The notes: generated from the letters alone by a model not told the origin. Shown: positions 39,262 through 48,526, numbered from the stretch's first letter. The stretch: 64,000 nucleotides of DNA from Candidatus Multivorans sp. (GCA_965224025.1 OZ245033.1:4160001-4224000); one strand, 5' to 3'. Numbers and translations: made by a program.

Positions 39262-39872
39262 CAGCCTCCATCATCCGCCTTTGGCGACGGCTCCGCTACG
39301 GCCGGCCGATCGTCGTCGTCTCCGGCCTGCCGCGTTCCGGTACCTCGATGGCGATGAAGATGCTCGAAGCCGGGGGCATGGAGATCGTGACGGACGGCGA
39401 GCGCGAGGCCGACGAGGACAATCCGCGGGGCTACTACGAGGATGAGCGGGTCAAGGACCTGGCCAACACGCGGGACAAGATCTGGCTCAAGGCATCACGC
39501 GGCCGCGCGGTGAAGGTCATCTCCTTCCTGCTCAAGGACCTGCCTCCGAACCTGAACTACAGGGTCATCCTGATGCGGCGCGACCTGACCGAGGTACTCG
39601 CCTCGCAGCGCAAGATGCTCGACCGCCGCGGCGAGAGGGACGACACGCCCGACGACCGGATGATGGAGCTGTGGCGGGACCAGCTCTGGCGGGTGAACTA
39701 CCTGCTTCGCCACGCGCCGCAGTTCGAGTGGGTCGAGATCGAGTACGGAGAGGCGCTGCGGGACCCCGCGGCGGCCGCCACTCGAATCGCCAGTCTCGTG
39801 GACGGCCTGGACGAGGGGGCGATGGCCTTGGTGGTCGATCCGGCGCTGTACCGGAACCGGGCCGCCCCGTAG
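39258..39872 (+). CDS. Sulfotransferase family protein
   Basis: PAPS-binding VSGLPRSGTS and RR....LAS motifs. GTG overlaps the vapC stop (GTGA). Confidence 0.85.
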   Translation: MTASIIRLWRRLRYGRPIVVVSGLPRSGTSMAMKMLEAGGMEIVTDGEREADEDNPRGYYEDERVKDLANTRDKIWLKASRGRAVKVISFLLKDLPPNLNYRVILMRRDLTEVLASQRKMLDRRGERDDTPDDRMMELWRDQLWRVNYLLRHAPQFEWVEIEYGEALRDPAAAATRIASLVDGLDEGAMALVVDPALYRNRAAP

Positions 39873-39997
39873 CTCTCCAGTGCCGATCGCCGCGGATCGG
39901 ATGGCGCTCATAGCCGGTCTGCTATGTTGGTCCCCTCCCGCTAGCCGCCTTCCCAACAGGCGGTCAGCGAGACCGACCAACGAAGAGAAATACTCCA

Positions 39998-40756
39998 ATG
40001 CAGCACGGCATTGAACCCCGCTACCCTCTCGCGGAGGCGGCGAAGATCATCGGGATGCCCACCCCTACGCTGCGGACTTGGTTCTGCGGCTGGCCTACCG
40101 GCAAACCTCCCGTGCTGACTGCCGACGGAGGCGCCGACGCTCCGCTGATCCTCAGCTTCTTCAACGTCGTCGAAGCACGCTTCCTCGATGCGTATCGTCG
40201 AAGAGGCGTTTCCATGCAGCGAGTCCGCCTCGCGTTGGACTTCGTCAGTGAGCATCTGTCCGGTTTCGAGCGGCCGCTCCTAGAGCCCGACTTTGAGACC
40301 GACGGGAAGGCCCTGTTCATCGAACTGCAGGAGGCCAGCGACGCGCCCATGCTCCTGGGCGTCACCGGCGGCGGTCAACTCGTTTGGCCGGAGGCGGTCC
40401 AGGAACACTTCCAATCGCTCGTTTTCGACGATCACGGGGATCCTTCGAGGCTCTGGCTCGACGATCGCCACGACGTAATGCTGGATCCGCGTTTCGGCTG
40501 GGGTCTTCCGGTGATCGCGGGCTCCGGGGTCCGGACTGACGTCCTCTTCGAACGCCTGGAGGCCGGCGAAGGGCTCAATGCCATCGCCGAGGACTTCTCA
40601 CTGGAAACGTCCGAAGTCGAAACTGCCGTGGCCTGGGAACGAGCGGCCAGGCGAGCCGCGCAGCCTGTCCCAGCTGCGAGGCGAATGATCTCCGATGGCG
40701 GCTGGCCCCGTAGACGACTCTTGCCTGACGTTCTTCTTCGACCGCTCGATCGGTAA
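39998..40756 (+). CDS. DUF433-containing VapB45-like antitoxin (N-terminal HTH)
   Basis: AEAAKIIGMP..TLRTW HTH, SFFNVVEA, and DUF433 DPRFGWGLPVI...IAEDF. Confidence 0.85.
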   Translation: MQHGIEPRYPLAEAAKIIGMPTPTLRTWFCGWPTGKPPVLTADGGADAPLILSFFNVVEARFLDAYRRRGVSMQRVRLALDFVSEHLSGFERPLLEPDFETDGKALFIELQEASDAPMLLGVTGGGQLVWPEAVQEHFQSLVFDDHGDPSRLWLDDRHDVMLDPRFGWGLPVIAGSGVRTDVLFERLEAGEGLNAIAEDFSLETSEVETAVAWERAARRAAQPVPAARRMISDGGWPRRRLLPDVLLRPLDR

Positions 40757-41108
40757 GGCCGTGCCGTAGGCTCTCCGAGCCGTAGGTGTACACGCCGTCC
40801 CCCACGATGATCACTACCCGGCTCAGCGAAGAGTCCCGGACGAAACGTGGATTGCGGAACAGACCGAACTCGGGCATGTCCTGGTCACCAAGGACAAGGG
40901 GATCCAGCACCGAGTATCGGAAGTGGCGGCCATACGTTCAGCCGAAGCGCGACTCCTTGTACTCACCGATAGGCGCGCCACCCGACTCCGAATGTTGCGG
41001 GCGATGATGATCGCGTGGCCGAAGATCGAGAGCATCGTCGATCAAGAACTGGTCGGGCCATGGATCGTCACCATCAGCGCCGCCGGAGCGTTCAGGAAGG
41101 TGCTCTAA
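40695..41108 (+). pseudogene. VapC45-like PIN toxin with an in-frame TAG (40767-40769)
   Basis: MAAGPVDDSCLTFFFDRSIGKAVP*ALRAVG...PDETWI...LVTKDKGI continues in frame into ORF 40923..41108. Confidence 0.8.
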
Positions 41109-41168
41109 CCTCGCTGGCCCGCCGAACGGCTTGAGGAGGAGCCTGCGAGTCCTGGGTCACGCGGAGCG

Positions 41169-42463
41169 CTACTCTACAATCAGTTCCTTGCCGAACTCGA
41201 TGCCCGCGCACTCGCAGGCAGTTTGGATCCACTTCAGCTTCTGCTGGTTGCCGGAATGGACGTTCAGATACCAGCCACCCGGTAGCGACCTTATCGACCG
41301 CTCGCCCGAATCAGCCTCCCTGGGCGACTCGCCGATGTGAGAGCGCGTGTTCGTTGCTATCTCGTCTCGGAATCTCCTATAGAAGGAGACGCCGCCGTGA
41401 TCGTTGTACAGCTTCCCGACGATGTGCTCGTACATGTCGGCTGCGTTCTTCTCCGATCGATCCTCGCCAAGGTACGACCATCGAACCGCCCGAGGAGAAG
41501 AGCGACGCGCGCGCTTGACTGACGGTATCTTGGCATTGCCTTCGGGCTCTTCGGGAGGCCGTTGAGTCGCCCTCGAGACACTCTCGAACCGTTCGAAGTA
41601 CTCGCTGTCGATCGTTACGTCTTCGACGGTACGCTCCCTGACCACCACGCCCAAGCCGCGCTCCTTCAGGAGTTCACAGAGGTTGTCGCCATCGATGAGA
41701 TCGAGAGGAGTAGCCCCGTCTCGCGTGGCCTCGCGCTTGGCGTCAGAAGTGAATGAGCCTGTGGTGATGATGAGGCCCCTGTCGCTGCGTCCCGCCATGG
41801 CGCCTCGGAAGTCCCTCACGACAGGCGCCCCTATGGTCCCCTTGTGCCTCTTGCATTGGAAGTACACCGGAAAGGAGATGAGGGAGAAGCGGTACAGGGC
41901 CGTCCCATCAATGCCTCCGTCCTCGCTGCCTCCGATTACCTTGACGGCCTCGAAACCAGACGAGCGGAGAAGCTCTTGCGCAAGCCGCTCGAACGCTGCC
42001 GGCGACATCTTCAGAAGCCGAGCAAGAAGTTCGTCGCTCCAGGATCCGTTCCCGGTCTCATCATCCGGGACAGCACGCGCTGCAACGGCACCTTGCTGAT
42101 TCGTCGCTCGCCCGAGCTTCTCTTGACGACGGTCACGAAGGTACTCCGCCAAGCGCCGTTCAACCGTCTCCTCGCCCATATTGACGCCTTCCGAAGTCAG
42201 CCGCCAGTAGCCCGACGCTCGCTCTTCAGGGCACCGACGATCTTCAAGTGCGATCGGCAGAAACCCACTCGAAACGCGAGTTCCGACTTGGTTCCGTTGG
42301 CAGCTCGCACAGCGCGCTGAACCGGAGTCAGCTCCAGGTTCATCGCCACGGCCTCGTCGATTTCGTCGTTCGTCGCCGGCATGGGCAGGCGGCGTATCGC
42401 CTCCAGCGTCAGCGAGCGCAGTTCGCGATAGAGAGGAAGTCCCGCAGCCTCTCGTGAACTCAT
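41169..42463 (-). pseudogene. mrr: Mrr-family restriction endonuclease with a 1-bp deletion near 42212
   Basis: Mrr_N (42197..42463) and the catalytic DGGIDG...QCK domain are in different frames. Adding one G restores SERRGYWRLT. Confidence 0.8.
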
Positions 42464-42587
42464 CGTTGTCTCCTCCTTGCGACGATTCGGCCTCCGAGAC
42501 CTTCACGCCACAGGTCAAGCCACTGTAGCCAGGCGGCCAGGCAGCCCGACGCTGACCAGCCGCTCCGCCGCCGAATCTGCCGGCACG

Positions 42588-43682
42588 CTAGTACACCCCG
42601 ACCGTCGTCGCCGACGCCAACTGTGCGAACGGCCGCACCCCGCTGACGCCGTCCCACGGGTAGTCGACGTAGGGCTGTTCCCGCTCGCCCTCGTCCCGCT
42701 CAAGGAAGCCGGGGACGAAGAACTCGCGGGTCAGGGTCGTCAGGCGCACCCGGCCGGTGGCGCCGTAGTCGACCACCTGGTCCGGATCGTCGGGATCGAC
42801 GACTTCGAGCACGGCTCGCGGCTGGGGCGCGTAGTAGGCGATCGTGTAGCCCTCGGCCGCCGTCACCGGCCGCGAAGCCGCCAGGCCCATCAGGGTGTTG
42901 CCGTAGGTCGGGGTCATGTAGACGCCTTCGAGCAGTTCCTCGACCGCGAACCGCGTCCACTGCGGAGTGAACTCGGTGCCGCCGGAGAAGATGCCCTTGA
43001 TCCCGGTGTCGGCGAGGGTTTGGCCGCGGTCCTCGAGTGCCAGGCAGAGGCTCTCCAGCAGCTTCGGGGTCGCGAACATCGCCTGGATGTCGTGCCCGGC
43101 CGAGAGAACCGACAGCGCCTGGTCGATCACGTGGTCCTTGTAGGCCTCGAGGTGCTCCATCCAGCCCTTCTTGATCAGCTTGATCACCCACCGCGGGTCG
43201 AGGTCGACGCAGAAGCAGATGCCGCCCCGGTACTGGCAGAGGTGCTCTACGGCCAGACGCAGCCGGCGCGGGCCCGAGGGGCCCAGCATCAGCCAGTTGG
43301 AACCCGGCGGGAAGTGCTCGTCCGGCAGGCTGGCGCTGAACAGCTCGTAGTCCGTGCGGAAGTCGTTCAAGGCCACCCGGCTCTTCGGAATCCCCGTGGT
43401 GCCGCCGGTCTCGAATACGTAGATCGGATCGTCGGCCATCGCCTTCGGCACCCATCGGCGCACCGGTCCGCCGCGCAGCCACTCGTCCTCGAAGGGCGGA
43501 AACTTGCGCAGATCGGCGAACCCGGCGACATCGCTACACGGGTCGAAGTCGAGCTTCGAGGCGAAATCCAGCCAGAACGGCGTGCCGGTCTCCGGGTCGA
43601 AATGCCACTCCATCATGTCGCGGACGTGGGCGTCGAGCTTCTCCCTGGCCTGTGCCTTGGCCTCAGCGCTGGCGACTTCCAT
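42588..43682 (-). CDS. Short adenylate-forming enzyme, EhpF/GriC (LuxE/PaaK-like) type
   Basis: P-loop ETGGTTGIPK, HF..ETGTPFW, YGNT and ERD motifs. Lacks the C-terminal ANL subdomain. Confidence 0.75.
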   Translation of the reverse strand: MEVASAEAKAQAREKLDAHVRDMMEWHFDPETGTPFWLDFASKLDFDPCSDVAGFADLRKFPPFEDEWLRGGPVRRWVPKAMADDPIYVFETGGTTGIPKSRVALNDFRTDYELFSASLPDEHFPPGSNWLMLGPSGPRRLRLAVEHLCQYRGGICFCVDLDPRWVIKLIKKGWMEHLEAYKDHVIDQALSVLSAGHDIQAMFATPKLLESLCLALEDRGQTLADTGIKGIFSGGTEFTPQWTRFAVEELLEGVYMTPTYGNTLMGLAASRPVTAAEGYTIAYYAPQPRAVLEVVDPDDPDQVVDYGATGRVRLTTLTREFFVPGFLERDEGEREQPYVDYPWDGVSGVRPFAQLASATTVGVY

Positions 43683-43798
43683 CTGCGGACTCCAATCGAG
43701 TTTGTTCAAGGAGTGGAAGGGAACGGCGTCGCAGTCCCCACGGCGGCGGCAGATTACAGCACCGGCGCCTCGAACCGAGGCGGTCGGAGCGCGAGCCC

Positions 43799-45514
43799 TT
43801 ACTCAGGCAGCGCGAAGACCCAGAGCACGCCGCCCTGGGGCACATACGTCCTCGTGCCGATCGCGCCGTCCAGGTGGTTCGTGCCGCGCTGGGCGTCGAC
43901 TCCCCAGCCGGACTGCACGGCGACGTATTGCACGCCATCGACCTCGAAGGACGTGGGCACGCCCGTGATCCCGGAGTTCGTTCGCTGCTGCCACAACACC
44001 TCGCCGGTCGCGGCATCGAAGGCCCGAAAGTAGCGGTCGCTGGTGCCGCCCATGAACACCAGGCCGCCGGCCGTCGTCAGGACCGGGCCCCAGAGTGGTC
44101 GCTCGAAGTCGACCGTCCACACCTTCTCCCGCGTGTCGAGGTTCCATGCCTGCAGTTCGCCGTAGTGATCGGCGCCCTCTCGAGACACGAAGCCCCCCTC
44201 CATGCCCATGAAGGTTCGCCCCGGGCGGTAGTCCTCCTCGACACCCTCCAGGTAGGAGCAGGTGTACTCGTTGGCCGGGATGTAGAGCAGCTCCGTGTTC
44301 GGGTTGTAAGCGGCCGGAGGCCAGTTCTTGCCGCCCGACCAGGACGGGCAGAAGACGGCGCGCTCGCCGGTACCCGGAGTCTTCGCCGGGTCGTACTCGG
44401 GCCGGCCGGTGTCGGGATCGATCGACGTGAACACGTCCTGGTAGACGAAGCGGGTCGCGTCCAGGAAGTCGATCGAGTCCGCGCTCCGCTCCAGCACCCA
44501 GAGATAGGCGTTGCGTCCGGGGTGGACCAGCGCCTTGCGCATCCTGCCGTCGCGCTCGACGTCGATCAGGAGCGGCGGATCGACCTCGTCCCAGTCCCAA
44601 CTGTCGTTCCAGTGGTACTGGTGATGTGCTCGGATGTCCCCGGTGTCGACCTCGAGGGCCAGCACGGAGGTCGAGTACAGGTTGTCGCCGGGCCGCGCGT
44701 CGCCCATCCACGGGCCGCCGTTGCCCGTGCCCCAGAAGGTCAGGCGCAACTCCGGGTCGTAGACGCCGGTGACCCAGGCCGAGACGCCGCCAGTGCGCCA
44801 GGTGTCGCCGGGCCAAGTGTCGTGGCCGGGTTCTCCGGGGCCGGGAATCGTGTAGGTCTTCCAGACTTCGTCCCCGCTGTCCGCGTCGTACGCGGCGATG
44901 AAGCCGCGGATCCCCCACTCGCCGCCGGAGACCCCGACGATCACCTTGTCTTCCACCGCCAGCGGCGCCAGCGTCATGTAGTAGCCGCGGGCGTAGTCCT
45001 CCACCGCCGTCTCCCAGGCCACCCTGCCCGTCCTGGCGTCGAGGGCGAACAGACGCGCGTCGACGGTGGCGACGAACACCTTGTCTCCCCACAGCGCCAC
45101 GCCGCGGTTCGTCGGGTGCATCTGCTGCAGGTCCTCGGGCAGTTCGGGCACGAAGCGCCAGAGCAGTTCGCCCGTTCCGGCGTCGAGCGCCAGCACGCGG
45201 CTCCCGGGCGTGGTGATGAAGAGGGTGCCGTCGTTGACGATCGGCGGCGCCTGATGGCCCTCGTTGATGCTGGTCGAGAAGGTCCAGGCGGGGGCCAGCG
45301 AAGCGACGTTCGAGGTGTCGATCCGGTCCAGCGGGCTGTAACCCCAGCCGTCGTAGGTGCGCCGGTACATGAGCCAGTTTCCGGCTTCCGGCGACAGGAG
45401 CCGCTCCTGGGTCACGAGGCGGTAGGCGCGTTCCTGAGCCGCCATGGGCGCGATCGCCGCGCTGAGTGCGAGGAAGGCGGCAAAGCCTCGTGGGCCTGCG
45501 AGTCGCTTCGCCAT
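43799..45514 (-). CDS. PQQ-dependent dehydrogenase (methanol/ethanol family)
   Basis: Signal peptide, YSPLDRIDTSNV, NRG, GEWGIRG, WGTGN, WDWDE, and Trp-docking repeats. Confidence 0.9.
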   Translation of the reverse strand: MAKRLAGPRGFAAFLALSAAIAPMAAQERAYRLVTQERLLSPEAGNWLMYRRTYDGWGYSPLDRIDTSNVASLAPAWTFSTSINEGHQAPPIVNDGTLFITTPGSRVLALDAGTGELLWRFVPELPEDLQQMHPTNRGVALWGDKVFVATVDARLFALDARTGRVAWETAVEDYARGYYMTLAPLAVEDKVIVGVSGGEWGIRGFIAAYDADSGDEVWKTYTIPGPGEPGHDTWPGDTWRTGGVSAWVTGVYDPELRLTFWGTGNGGPWMGDARPGDNLYSTSVLALEVDTGDIRAHHQYHWNDSWDWDEVDPPLLIDVERDGRMRKALVHPGRNAYLWVLERSADSIDFLDATRFVYQDVFTSIDPDTGRPEYDPAKTPGTGERAVFCPSWSGGKNWPPAAYNPNTELLYIPANEYTCSYLEGVEEDYRPGRTFMGMEGGFVSREGADHYGELQAWNLDTREKVWTVDFERPLWGPVLTTAGGLVFMGGTSDRYFRAFDAATGEVLWQQRTNSGITGVPTSFEVDGVQYVAVQSGWGVDAQRGTNHLDGAIGTRTYVPQGGVLWVFALPE

Positions 45515-45516
45515 GG

Positions 45517-46080
45517 TCAGAACTCCTTCTGGAATCGGATCCTGGCGCTGAAACCGCCGGCGGCGACCAGCACGCCGTCCTCCAAACGCAGCGGCAGCGA
45601 CGGCAACCGCCGGGGCGCCGGTCCGGAGATCACTTCGGCGCCGTCCCTGGGGTCGAACTCCGAGTCGTGGCACCCACAAACCAGAAACTCCGTCTCCTCC
45701 GACCAATCCTCGATGTCGCAGCCGGTGTGGGTGCAGACGCCCGAATAGGCGACGACGCCGTCGGCGGACGCCTCTCTGGTCTCCGGCGCGAGCGACTGCG
45801 GGTCGAAACGCAGCAACAAGACCTGGTTCAGGCGCGACCCGTCGCGGACCGCTCCGCTGGCCGCATCCATCGCGTAGCAGATGAGCTGCTCGCTCGCGAG
45901 CGGCACGTCGGCGGCAAGGACTGTCTCGCCCTGGCGCGGACCGAAGGCGAACACGAACCGGTCGCCCTCCTGCGGCCGGGCCCTGCGTGCATCGTCCGCC
46001 TGCGCAGGAAGCACATCGAGGCCGCGCACGCCCAGACCCAGGGCCAGGGCCGACTTGAGAACAGTGCGACGGTTCTCCAT
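45517..46080 (-). CDS. Tat-exported Rieske [2Fe-2S] protein
   Basis: NRRTVLK twin-arginine signal. CTHTGC...CGCHDS and GPAPRRL motifs. Confidence 0.9.
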   Translation of the reverse strand: MENRRTVLKSALALGLGVRGLDVLPAQADDARRARPQEGDRFVFAFGPRQGETVLAADVPLASEQLICYAMDAASGAVRDGSRLNQVLLLRFDPQSLAPETREASADGVVAYSGVCTHTGCDIEDWSEETEFLVCGCHDSEFDPRDGAEVISGPAPRRLPSLPLRLEDGVLVAAGGFSARIRFQKEF

Positions 46081-46108
46081 TCGCCGACTGAGGCTAGCAG
46101 CCCGCACC

Positions 46109-46200
46109 CCTGGGAACGCGGGCATCCTGCCCGCATCCGGCGCACCGCAGGACGATACAGCCTCTGGGCCTGGGAACGCGGGCATCTTGCCCGCATCCGG
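46109..46200 (+). repeat. Two short REP units cctgggaacgcgggcatcYtgcccgcatccgg
   Basis: Direct copies at 46109-46140 and 46169-46200. Same core as 59850-59881. Confidence 0.88.
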
Positions 46201-46308
46201 CGCGCAGGGCCGGTCCGGTTGCAGGCGCCCGATGCTACGATTCCGCCTCTTCGCAACCGCCCGAATCCACCCTCCGGCCCCCCTGGGGACCGGCTACAGG
46301 TACCCAGA

Positions 46309-47739
46309 ATGATCGACATTCCCGCCATCCGTTGGGGCAAGCCCTACGAGTCGCTCGAGAAGGCGACGATCGTCCATTTCGAGACCGGCGAGGAGCTGGC
46401 GGCACTCCACCAGACCAACCCCGGCCTGGTCCAGCGCGACATGCGCCGCGCCCAGCGCGCCCGCGACATCCTGCGCGAAATCCCGTCCAACGAGCTGATC
46501 TCGATGGTGATCAAGGCCGCCGACTTCTACCTGAACGCGGACCTGCCGCTGGGTAACGGCACCCAGTCTCCCGAGGACTTCGTCCACTACCAGTCGGCGA
46601 CCACCGGGCTGCCCGAGCACATGTGCCGGGCGAACATGGACAAGAACCACTTCGTGCTGACGAACATGGGAGACGTGCTGGAGGCCCTGACCCGCGGTCT
46701 CGATCTCGACATCCTGGGCCGGGGGCACGGCGTCGAGGAGCGTGGCGTGCCCGTCAGCTACCAGGCGCAGGCGCCGGTGATCGGCCTCGTGCTGCCGTCC
46801 AACTCCCCAGGCGTGCACACGCTGTGGATGCCGGTGATTCCGCTTCAGGTCGGCCTCGTCTTCAAGCCCGGTCCCCAGGAACCCTGGACGCCCTACCGGA
46901 TGACCGAGGCCTTCGCCCAGGCCGGCGTACCCCGCGAAGCGATCTCGATCTACCCCGGCGAGGGCGACATCGGCGCCGCCGTCCTCGCCTCCTGCTCCCG
47001 GAGCATGATCTTCGGCGGCGCGGAGACCGTGGCCCGCTACCGGAACGACCCCCGGGTCCAGCCGCACGGCCCCGGTTTCAGCAAGATTCTGCTGGGCGAC
47101 GACGTCGTCGACGACTGGGAGAAGGTCCTCGACGTGGTGGTCGACAGCGTGCTGGTCAACAGCGGCCGGAGCTGCATCTCCTGCTCCGGCGTCTGGGCCT
47201 CGCGCCACACCGAGGAGATCGCCCAGGCACTTGCCGAGCGGCTGGCGCCGGTGCTGCCCAAGCCGGCCGACGACCCGGAATCGCCGCTCGCCGCCTTCAC
47301 CGTGCCGGGCATGGCGAAGGCGATCGACGGCATGATCGACGCCCAAGTGGACGTTCCCGGCGTCCGCGACCTGACCTCCGAGATTCGCGGCAACGGCCGG
47401 CTCGACGAGCGCGAGCGCTGCGACTACCTGTTGCCGACCGTGCTCCACTGCGCCGATGCCGACGTCCCTGCCGCGAACGTCGAGTACATGTTCCCGTTCG
47501 TCTCCGTCGTCGAGTGCCCGCAGGCCAGGATGCTCAGGTCGATCGGCGACACTCTCGTGTGCAGCGCGATCACGAACGACGAGCGGTGGCGCCGGCAACT
47601 GATCGACGCCATCCACGTCGACCGCCTGAACCTGGGGCCGGTGCCGACGATTCAGCTCAACTGGCTGCAGCCCCACGAGGGGAACATCATCGACTTCCTG
47701 TTCCGGGCGCGGGCGTTCCAGCAGGCGGAGGTGGCATGA
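46309..47739 (+). CDS. ALDH-superfamily reductase, EhpG/GriD (LuxC-like) type
   Basis: PSNSPGVH, KPG..EPWTP, HGPGFSK, catalytic Cys in NSGRSCISCS, and EYMFP. Confidence 0.78.
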   Translation: MIDIPAIRWGKPYESLEKATIVHFETGEELAALHQTNPGLVQRDMRRAQRARDILREIPSNELISMVIKAADFYLNADLPLGNGTQSPEDFVHYQSATTGLPEHMCRANMDKNHFVLTNMGDVLEALTRGLDLDILGRGHGVEERGVPVSYQAQAPVIGLVLPSNSPGVHTLWMPVIPLQVGLVFKPGPQEPWTPYRMTEAFAQAGVPREAISIYPGEGDIGAAVLASCSRSMIFGGAETVARYRNDPRVQPHGPGFSKILLGDDVVDDWEKVLDVVVDSVLVNSGRSCISCSGVWASRHTEEIAQALAERLAPVLPKPADDPESPLAAFTVPGMAKAIDGMIDAQVDVPGVRDLTSEIRGNGRLDERERCDYLLPTVLHCADADVPAANVEYMFPFVSVVECPQARMLRSIGDTLVCSAITNDERWRRQLIDAIHVDRLNLGPVPTIQLNWLQPHEGNIIDFLFRARAFQQAEVA

Positions 47740-47884
47740 TGGGTTCCCGCGCCAGCTGACTCAGCAATCGTCCAGCTAGCCACTTTGTTGCTGCTCTTTG
47801 TTCGAGCCAGTACTCAAGCCGTTCTAACAGCGTGGCGCCGCCCAGAATCCACTCGCATCTCGAAAGAGACAGTTTCTTGCCTCA

Positions 47885-47920
47885 TTGTGGAGGACCTCCG
47901 GTTGTGGAGGACCTCCGGTT
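47885..47920. repeat. 17-bp tandem duplication ttgtggaggacctccgg x2
   Basis: Exact copies at 47885-47901 and 47902-47918. Confidence 0.8.
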
Positions 47921-48112
47921 ATTGGGTGCGGGCGAGCTTGGCAGGCCGGTCAAGCTTGTCAACCACAAAGGCCAGAAGCGATGCGAGAGGCGACCGGGTC
48001 GCGCCGGACTCGCCCTTTGTAGTCAGTCGGGTACCGAGCCGTGGAGCGGTAACGGCGTGGCTTCCCACTACCGGCCGTGCCCACTGTGCAGACGCACCGG
48101 GGTCGTCTTCGG

Positions 48113-48526
48113 TCATCCGCCCAGCGCCTCCACGTCCACGGCCCGCGCTTCGGCCGCGAGCCGTCCGTCGAGAGTGGCCAGTGGCAGCCGCATACGCAGG
48201 GCGAGCTCCAGATACATCGCGTCATAGACGGAGATTCCGCGATCATGCGCGAGTTCGAGAACGGCGCTCCAGACACGAGTCGGGGATACGGAGTCGACCG
48301 CTATGGGCAGAGCTTCAAGGGAGTGACGAATCCACGGCCATTCGCCCGCCTCGAGTCGGCGCCGGCGCGTCGCCGCCAGGAACGCGTTCGCCACCTCGAT
48401 CGGCCAGAGTCCAGGCGCATACGCTTGGCGCTCCATCAGAGACTCCAACAATCGGTCGGTTGCCTCCGTCGCCTCGTCCGCGAAAACCCACGCCATCGTC
48501 ATCGAGGCATCCAGTACGAATACCAT
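48113..48526 (-). CDS. vapC: VapC PIN-domain toxin
   Basis: FVLDAS, EVAN, SVYDAMYLELA and LATLD motifs. TGATG coupling to the antitoxin. Confidence 0.92.
   Translation of the reverse strand: MVFVLDASMTMAWVFADEATEATDRLLESLMERQAYAPGLWPIEVANAFLAATRRRRLEAGEWPWIRHSLEALPIAVDSVSPTRVWSAVLELAHDRGISVYDAMYLELALRMRLPLATLDGRLAAEARAVDVEALGG

Noticed and set aside
10372-40769. Amber recoding (pyrrolysine or alternative code) as the explanation for two in-frame TAGs
   Set aside because: TAG terminates many intact genes here at their expected ends (glpF, glpK, ppk1, nth, SDRs, nadE), and no pyl genes are in the window.
46109-46200. Two 32-bp repeats with a 28-bp spacer as a mini-CRISPR
   Set aside because: Only two units, no cas genes, and the same sequence is dispersed elsewhere as a REP.
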